Shown piece by piece: positions 54,670 to 64,000 of a DNA stretch of 64,000 bases; the first letter of the stretch is position 1; each line of letters opens with the position of its first letter. The translations under genes were made by a program, and so were the position numbers. Under the pieces are notes generated by a model. That model did not search any database, was not told the DNA's origin, and saw only the letters and a list, made by a program, of their open reading frames with translations. This DNA comes from Eledone cirrhosa (lineage: Eukaryota), in NCBI GenBank assembly GCA_964016885.1, contig OZ024741.1, forward strand, positions 358,112,001 through 358,176,000. Reading direction: 5' to 3'.

Positions 54670-55394
54670 TTTAGGTTCCTTAATCGGAAAAGTTTTTTCA
54701 CTAGAAATAAATCTATGTATTGTTTCAACCTGGTAAGTACGAGTAAGAATTTTCTTTGCTGAGGAGATTCGGACTGGTGACTGCTATCGTACTTGCCAAA
54801 GAACAGATTTACTTAACCATCATGTATCTCAATTCAATTTGTATTCAATTTTAATTTCGTAATTGTTGCACTTGCCTTTCCATGTTAATGACTTCCCTCT
54901 TCGTCATGGAAAGAAATGATAATTGATTCAATAATTTTTAGTCTAACTACATTAAGTATAGTAACTGCCTCTCCCAGCATATGTTAATAAATAATATATT
55001 GTTGCAGACTACTAATAAATGATATAGAGACAGCTGTGACGTGTGGTTATAATTGTTAGTCTCATTAAAATAATTACGTCAGCGTTCCGAGGAGTACTAC
55101 ATATATTTTTGTGACTTTGATATCAAATTTTAGTGTAATCTCAAACAACAATATTCAACTACTTGAGTGCGTGTAGCAGAACCTTGATTCAAAGCCATCT
55201 GTAAATATAATACAAAGAAATAGGAGTACATTAGAATTTCATTTTATTTAAAAAAATCTGTGCTATTGACATTCACCACAACCACAACCAAATCCACTTC
55301 CATCACCAACTCCACTACCACGACAGATATAGATAAATATTCATAAAGAATATTTTCAGTCCGTGATCACAAATACCAATATCTAGCCGGTTGT

Positions 55395-56030
55395 GTTTTA
55401 ATTTGGTTCTACAGTTTCAATATGCTCATCCCTTTTTGCTTTGAAATTCGTCTTTCCTAGTGCATTCCAAATTGTTCTGGTTGCCACATCATGTCTCACG
55501 GGAATGTAGAAACAAGATGCCATTCTTTCGTAGTTGGCAACAATGAGGCTAACAACTTCGGTTTTTGTTTTGCTCAGCATAAATGTCAATTGATCATTTT
55601 TTTCTCTTTTGTACAGTAAATAGTTGGTGGGGATTTATTGTTCCTGGATTGCATAGAGGTATTCTTCAAGATGAGATCTTATGAATTTGTCGGCACTCCA
55701 TGTCAGGTTTTTAGTGTGGCTTATCCCTACCATGGTCAGCATTTTTCGCCTCAAGTACCCATGTACAACCTTCGCAATGAATTGGTCTATTTTGTAAATT
55801 TTCTCGAGCATTGACTAGAGTTTTCCAATGTTCTTGGGGAAGAGACATGAGTCAGCTTTTATTTCAGTGATTACGCTCATAAACCCGGCTAAGATGGACA
55901 TTGTCTTTTTTTCTGATTAATATGTTGCTTCAATATTACTATTCAGGTCTTGCGCAGTGTTGACACGGATTTTAGGCCTTGGCCTCCCTCTTTGCGTGAG
56001 AAATATAGCCTAAACATGCACCCATCTTAA
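55395..56030 (-). mobile_element. Old degraded RLE-type (R4/NeSL-like) LINE fragment
   Basis: RLYFSRKEGGQGLKS, SHLEEYLYAIQEQ, FYIPVRHDVA. Confidence 0.65.
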
Positions 56031-56407
56031 AATTTCCAGTACCACTGAGCTGCTTGCGGGTTCTTACATCCATCTCGTTCTGTTCACAAGCACTATCTAT
56101 TTGATAGGCTTCTAAACAGTTTTAGTCTACCCAATTTCACTCACAAGACATAAATCAACCCGAAGCTATGATAAAGATACTTGCTCAAGATACCACAGAG
56201 CGGCAACTTATCCTAGTTTGACACCTGTACTTTCATAATATGGTAATATGTCTGGCTGAAATTTTGGTTGATGTTTTTATTCCCCTCCTCCTCTAATTGT
56301 AGGAAATATATTTCCCCATCTTCCTACACTAATCATATGACTATTAGAGAATAGGAATGTTAAAACATTAGACCGGTCAACGTATTCTTTAGTTATTATT
56401 AGTTTAT

Positions 56408-56598
56408 AGGGCGGTGGATTGGCAGTATCGGTAGAGGGTCGGACGCCATGCTTTCCAGCATAGTTACGTCCCTTTACGATCTGAGTTCAAATCCCGTCGA
56501 GGTTGACTTTGCCTTTCATCCTTACGGGGTCGATAAAACATAGTACCAGTAATGCACTGGGTAATTGCTGGCCTTGTGCCTAAAGTAGAAACAATTAT
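56408..56598 (+). mobile_element. SINE family A with TSD ATTATTAGTTTATAGG
   Basis: Full head, core and duplicated flank. Confidence 0.9.
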
Positions 56599-56994
56599 TA
56601 GTTTATAGGAAAATAACAAATAATCACGAGACTCACAACGATGGATCTACGGTACTCAAAAGTCTTATATTTGCATTGATATATAGAGAGCGCTGACATA
56701 TAGGTATTTTTGTGTATACTATTCGAGAGATAGAAACAATGATTTAATTGTTTAATTTTCTGGTGTCAAAGAGTACCACAAACTGAATATTACATTAATG
56801 ACCTCTCGGTGGTTAGATATGTTTATTTTTATTCTCTTCCACTCCTATTCCTGTTTGAAATTATCGGAAGTTTTGAAGTGGCATTATGTTCTGTTTTAAA
56901 GAGTACTGTAATTCCATCTTTCGAATTGCTAGGTGCTAGCAATAGTGGGAAAATGTGGTCTGTTACTGGTGACGCATCATTCTATTAAGAATGG

Positions 56995-57059
<65 letters not shown>

Positions 57060-58104
57060 CAACCACGCAGCACGTTTATTCTCATATTTACACATATATT
57101 TTTACCCACTGTGACCCGTCTATTTCGTTCTTACTGCTTCCTCTTTCTCTGTATCTTTACCCTCTCTAGCAGTCACTCTCTCTGTTAGCCTCTTCCTCAC
57201 CCTTCACTCACTCATTCTCTGTTACTACCTCTCCTCCTCCTCCTTCTTCCCGTTTGACCTGTGCGTAATTCTTTTCTTTCGCACCCTTGGTCTGGCAGGT
57301 CGCTTTTTTTCTCTCTCTCGTCTACGATTTCACAGAACTTACGTTCACCGAATTCACAGACTAGATCCCTTCTTCCTCCCGTTAGACCTGTACGGAATTC
57401 CTTCCTTGCTCACATTCCAACCAGGTTTGATGGTCTTTATTCTCTCTCGTTCACGATTTCACCGAATTTATATTCATAGAAATTTGGGACTTGACTCCTT
57501 CTTCCTCATTTTTCGTTGCTTCACCATCTTTGTTTGTTTACACTCGTGTCCCCTTATTTACGTGTCCCAGCGACTTTTTTTAGCCGTTGCTCGCACCAAC
57601 CGGAGGTATATGGTCTTTAAAGCGATGAAATACCAATGATGGCTGGAAGATCACTGATGAAGGACTAACTTTATTCATATATATATATATATATATCTAC
57701 GGAGTGTAACTTGGAATTACTGCAGGTTCACCCAGGTGAGCACTCGATGTTTAGGTTCACTTCTGTGTTGAGGTGTAGAGCTGTACAGAGTGTAATATAT
57801 TGAAAGGATAACAAGGACGATTGGTTACTCCTTCATTACATTTATTGGTAGGTGACGCGCGTTCGTCACTGATCAGCTCAAGGTTCGATCTGTATCGATC
57901 TTACCCGACTCAATAATCGGCAGCTCGACGGACCCTTTAAAATGCTATGTGATAAAGTCATAAGTTCATAAGTTGTACAATATGAGTTGTTTTGATTGGT
58001 GGAAAAGATCATGTATTGACCTGTAGTGTATGTGGGGGTGGATGTGATGATAAGATGTTGGTGACGGTCGCTGGCTGCGATGGGCTGTGGTGTGGGGGTG
58101 GCGG

Positions 58105-58330
58105 ATAATAATAATAATAATGGTTTCTTATATAGGCACAAGGCCAACAATTTTGGGGGAGGTGAAAGTCGATTAAATCGACCCCAGTGTGTGACTGGTA
58201 CTTTATTTATCGACCCCGTAACGATAAAAGGCAAAGTTAACCTCGGCGGGATTTGAACTCAGAATGGCAAGGGCCGTGACTCTATACGTCAAAGCATGGC
58301 GTCCGACCCTCTACCGATACCGCCAATCCG
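58105..58330 (-). mobile_element. SINE family A with (ATT)n tail
   Basis: Core and head on the minus strand. Confidence 0.85.
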
Positions 58331-59640
58331 AAGGATACAAATATTTAGGTGTTCTGGAGGCAGATGACATCAAGAACAAAAAAATGAAGGAATTGATAAG
58401 ATCTGAGTACATTAGGAGAGTAAGGAGCGTATTAAAGTCACATCTAAATAGTAGGAATGTCTAAGTGCAGTAAATTCCCGAGTTGTGTCTATTATTAGGT
58501 ACAGTGCGGGAATTCTGAGATGGAATGTTGCTGAACAAAAAGAAATGGATAGGAAGACTAGGAGGCTATTGACTATCTACAACATGTTCCACAAGAGGAG
58601 TGATGTCGATAGACTCTACTTAAGGAGAACTGAAGGTGGAAGAAGTCTTATCAGCATAGAGGACTGTGTTCAGATGGAGAAAAACAACCTACACAAATAC
58701 GTGACCGATAGTAAGGAGCCAATGCTCAGAATTGTACTGAAGGAGGAGACAATAGACCAGGGATGTCCAAGGAGGAAATAACAACAAGGAGAAAGAGCAG
58801 CCTTCATGAAAAATCCCTTCATAGTACCTTCTTTGAGAAAACTGAATTCAGAGATCCACAGACATGGAACTGGTTGAAAAGAGCAGACCTTAAAAAGGCT
58901 ACAGAAGGAAGGCTAATGGCTGCGCAAGAGCAGGCCCTCAAAACGAAGTGGTTGAAACACCATATTTACAAGGAGGAGGCTAACCCACTGTGCAGGATCT
59001 GTGGAGAGAGAGAGGAGACTGTGGCTCACATTGTATCCGAGTATAAACACCTAGCCCAGACCCACTATAAGGGCTGGAGACATGATGTGATGGGCAGGGT
59101 GATCCACTGGCACCTGTGCAAAGTAAACAATTTACCACATTCTGAGAAGTGGTATGAGCATAAGCCAGAGTCGGTGATAGAAAACGATCAGGTGAAGGTG
59201 CTGTGGGATTTTAGGATACAGACGGACAAGAAACTGGAACACAATAGACCTGACCTGGTGGTTTTGGACAAGGAAAAAAGATCGTGCCTGATTGTGGATG
59301 TGGCCTACCCATTCGACACGAGAGTGCAAGAGAAGGAGAGGGAGAAAATTAACCGATACCAGGACTTAAAGTGGGAGGTAAAAAGGATTTGGAACTGCCA
59401 TGAAGTCAAAGTGGTCCCGATTGTCATAGGCGCACTAGGTACTATCTCAAAAAGTTTCCAGGGATGGTTAAAGAAAATTGGCCCCGCCCCGCTTTTTGGA
59501 ATGCTTCAAAAGGCATGCTTGCTGGGAACAGCAAGAACCCTCCGATACGTCCTGAATATCTGAGGCTGCAGGTAGTGGCTTGATATTCATTTCAACAAAC
59601 TTTCCAGTTAACTAACATCAATGACTGAGACTCAAAGAAC

Positions 59641-59714
<74 letters not shown>
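58330..59714 (+). mobile_element. R4/Dong-type LINE, 5'-truncated: RT thumb, zinc finger, restriction-like endonuclease, (AAT)n tail
   Basis: YKYLGV, RLYLRRTEGGR, CRICGEREETVAHIVS, RHD, NRPDLVV..DVAYP..EKINRYQDL (ORF 58763-59563). Confidence 0.93.
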
Positions 59715-60330
<616 letters not shown>

Positions 60331-60750
60331 AGGGAAGAAGACACACATGGTGGATAGAAGGTCGAGAAATCGCTCCCGTAAGTTTTGATTTTTTAACATA
60401 TTTAAATCAATTGTGAAATAACAATTCTTAGTAAAAATGTTGCATAAAACATCCAGCTTGAGTCCCAAAAAATTCGGATCCACAATATATTGTTATATCG
60501 CTCAAATATTCAATTTTGTATTATACATTTTATATTCAAAAAGAAAATTGTTATAAATGGAAGGAAACCCCCTCTGTCTACACTATATAGAACAGCCAAA
60601 TAACAGCAATTTCACCAACATCAGAAACTAGATACACCACCTACCCCATCACCCCTCTGTGTACACTAAACACAACAGCCCAATAACGGCAATTTCACCA
60701 CCACAACCACCAATCTCAGCATAATAATAATAATTACTATTACTATTGCC

Positions 60751-61615
60751 TCAAGTTTTAGTTTTAACAAAATGTTTAATTCCAATATTATGGGTAAATG
60801 TCAACACATACACGCGACTAACGATAATTTCACTAAAGATAATTTCACCACCAATACCACCACCACTACCACGATGAAAACTCTGGTCAAGTCGACTCAA
60901 ATTTCTACTCCAACTTCAACACCATCACTACAGTAATACGACCACATCACCACAACCGCTGCCTCACTATCGCTACCGCCGCTATTCTCTCCCACAACCT
61001 CCTGCTAGTTGCTGCTAGCACAGCACCGCCACCACCGCCGCTGCCTCAATATCACTACCGCCTCTATTCTCTCCCGCTACCCCCTGCTACATTGTAGAAT
61101 TCTTACTAAAAGAGGAAAACATCGAAATATATAAATAGACTGAATTGATGACCCGATCAAAATAATAAAAAAAAAAAAACAATAATCAAAATCAAGTTTT
61201 AGTTTTAACAAAATGTTTAATTCCAATATTATGGGTAAATGTCAACGCATATACACGACTAACGATAATTTCACTAAAGATAATTTCAGCACCAATACCA
61301 CCACCACTACCACGATGAAAACTCTGGTCAAGTCGACTCAAATTTCTACTCCAACTTCAACACCATCACTACAGTAATACGACCACACCACCACCACCGT
61401 TTCCTCACTATCGCTACCGCCGCTATTCCCTCCCACTATCTCCTGCTAGTTGCTGCTAGCACAGCACCGCCACCACCCCCGCCGCCGCTGCCTCAGTATC
61501 ACTACCGCCGCTATTCTCTCCCGTTATCCGCTGCTACATTGTAGAATTCCCACTAAAAGAGGAAAACATCAAAATATATAAATAGACTGAATTGATGACC
61601 CGGTCAAAATATAAA
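60751..61615. repeat. Tandem duplication with ~441-bp period
   Basis: TCAAGTTTTAGTTTTAACAAAATG... starts at 60751 and 61192. Confidence 0.9.
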
Positions 61616-61815
61616 AAAAACAACAAAAATCAAAATCAAAGCAGCACAGCAACAACGAAAAACGTAAAGGAAATAAAAATGAAGAGAAAAACAAACGGAC
61701 GGACAGAGAAGGGAAGGGAAAAACTAAGTCAGACATTCAAACACTACATTACAATGAAACTTATGCTTATTCATTTTTGTTTTTTTTTCTGCCTGTTTGT
61801 TTGTTTGTTTGTTTG

Positions 61816-64000
61816 GGTTCGTCTACAGCGTGATAATGCCACACAAAAGTCACGTGGAGTGACGAAACCACCGGAGACATGTAATTCACCGGTGGTTATG
61901 TAACCATACATTCGCCAATCCTCGATAAGAGTGTTTAAATGTCGAATCTAAACAGTTCGAATAACGGTGAAATGGAGACTAGAATGTCATGTGACAGACT
62001 CTCACCCAACAGGTGCTCCCTGGCTCAGCAGCAGGGACCTGGCTGTCAACCAAATACTGCTGGTGTCGGAGGAAGAAGAAGAAGGAAAGGGACCAGAACC
62101 AACTGGACGAAAGAATTGAATAGAACTGTTATGCAATGTTACCTGAAGAGTAACCCCAAGGAGAAAGGCTATAGGAAAAGGATGCATAACATCTGGAACG
62201 AGATTGGTCCATTTAAATTAGATAAACAAAAACTGGCCGGGCAGGCTCGGGTAATAAGAACTAATGGGTGGATAAGCGAGCTGGAACTGGAGGAACTGGG
62301 CAGAGAGATTAGCTTGGAGATGGAGGGTGGAGTATGCCAGGCAAACGAGCCAGTGGGAAATGAAGGTGAAGAGATCGAGAGAACGGAGGAACCACCCGAA
62401 ACAGACAATGATCTGAATGCTGAGATAAATAATACCTGGGACAGAGATACGGCCATTGAGAAGATGAATTCTGACGGGCTACGACAAGATTTGGTAGATA
62501 TCCTAAACTTAGTGGTAAATGAATTGAACAATGATAGTGGGAGGCATATGAACCTAAGATTTGTAGACAGGAAAAAGTTAAAAGAAACAACAGCTAAGGT
62601 AAACAAAGTCATCCCATACCTTGAGGCGAGGAGCCTTCACCAGTGCAACAATATCCTCAAAGCAACAGCAAATACGATGAGGAAACTACTTGGTATAAAA
62701 GCGAGAGGAAACAACAGACAAGAAAGAGCAGAGCCTTGGTGGAAGAAACGACTGAATGGTCAAATCAGGGAAATGAGAAATGACATTGGAAAGCTTGAGT
62801 CCCTACTGAATGGGACACTTAAAAACATAAACACTAAAAATAGACTGGAAATAAAGTACAAAACTAGGAGGAAAAAGCTAAATATTATCATAGAGGAACT
62901 GAAGCAACGCATTGTAGCAAAAAGTGCAAAAATCAGGCGATACGAGAACAGAGTCAGCCAGTATAGACAGAACCGCATGTTCGACAACAACCAGAAGATG
63001 CTGTTTGGACAGCTTGAAGGGAAAGAAAGAGGCAACGACTTGATCCCTGAGGCGGAACAAACTAAAACATTCTGGAGAGGAATATGGGAGCAGGGTTTTG
63101 AACATAATGACCAGGCAGTGTTGATTGAGACAGTACAGAAGGAGATCAGTGAACAGGCACGCCAACAAACTGATTTGATTATCACAGTTGAAACTCTTAA
63201 GGGGCAGGCCAAAATACTAACCAACTGAAAATCACCTGGCCCAGATGATGTGCAGGGGTATTGGATTAAAAACATAACATCCCTCCACCCGAAACTGACA
63301 ACCATGTTCAATGACTGCTTGATGTCAGGTGAGGTACCAGAGTGGTTGACAAAAGGTACCACAGTTCTGATAATGAAAGACCGAATCAAGGGTAATGATG
63401 TTACCAACTATAGACCTATCACATGTCTGTCCGTAATGTGGAAACTGTTGACAAGCATTATGTCTGAGGAAATCTACCATCACCTCCACACAAACAACTT
63501 GTTACCGGACGAACAGAAAGGATGCCGAAAGAAGTCACGTGGTACAAAGAACCAATTACTTATTGATAAGATGGTAATGAGGAATTGCAAGAGGAGACAC
63601 ACTGGTCTTGCCATGGGATCGATAGACTACAAAAAGGCATTTGACATGGTGCCTCATTCTTGGATCACCAAAAGCCTGGAGATCTTCACGGTGGCAGATA
63701 ACATCAGGCAGTTGTTGGGCAAAAGTATGAAGTCCTGGGAAACAGAGTTAACATCAACTGGAGAATCCTTGGGAAGCGTGAAGATCAAGAGAGGTATATT
63801 CCAGGGAGATAGTCTGTCCCCTCTGTTGTTTGTCCTTGCCCTGATGCCCCTGACCATTATACTGCGAAAAGTGAGAGCAGGATACAAGTTGGGAAAGGGA
63901 GAGCTTACCATCAATCACCTCGTCTTCATGGACGATCTTAAGCTCTCGAGGAAGAGTGAAAAGGAGTTGGATGTGCTTGTTGACACTGTCCGTATTTTCA
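61816..64000 (+). mobile_element. R4/Dong-type LINE 5' portion (runs off the window); single ORF from 61939 with one TGA at 63226
   Basis: N-terminal WTKELN..VMQCY..GYRKRM..IW, PWWKKRL; past the TGA: KSPGPD, NYRPITCL, EQKGC, IDYKKAFD, GIFQGDSLSP, FMDDLKL. Confidence 0.93.

Noticed and set aside
57654-57885. CTGATGA at ~57654 and GAACGCGCGTC(-) at ~57852-57880 as hammerheads
   Set aside because: Only half-motifs are present; the first is truncated by (TA)n.
63226-63228. In-frame TGA as selenocysteine or programmed readthrough
   Set aside because: It falls at the conserved Trp of NWKSPGPD, so a TGG-to-TGA mutation is simpler; no SECIS was seen.

Overview
This window is eukaryotic, AT-rich, repeat-saturated intergenic or intronic DNA. 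I could not support any host protein-coding gene. The SINE families and (TA)n/(GT)n density suggest an octopod cephalopod (inference from recalled sequence similarity). The window is a nested transposon graveyard containing: five Penelope-like elements (PLEs; RT plus GIY-YIG) of at least three types; a full-length but disrupted Tx1-type LINE with a 15-bp TSD; RTE, CR1/L2-like and R4/Dong-type LINEs; Helitron remnants; pogo and mariner fragments; MITEs; two tRNA-derived SINE families; a non-coding LTR element with paired 374-bp LTRs, a tRNA-Trp-like PBS, a PPT and a TSD; and a probable solo LTR. The most striking layer is small self-cleaving ribozyme motifs. More than ten type-I hammerhead motifs or remnants lie in PLE pseudo-LTRs and in short non-coding, often palindromic inserts within (TA)n arrays. 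Three of them carry the compensatory U3-A8 core, and one has a ~85-nt stem II. There is also a candidate hammerhead at the 5' end of an R4/Dong-type LINE and a candidate HDV-like ribozyme at an RTE 5' end. All structures were read by eye and were not folded computationally or tested.
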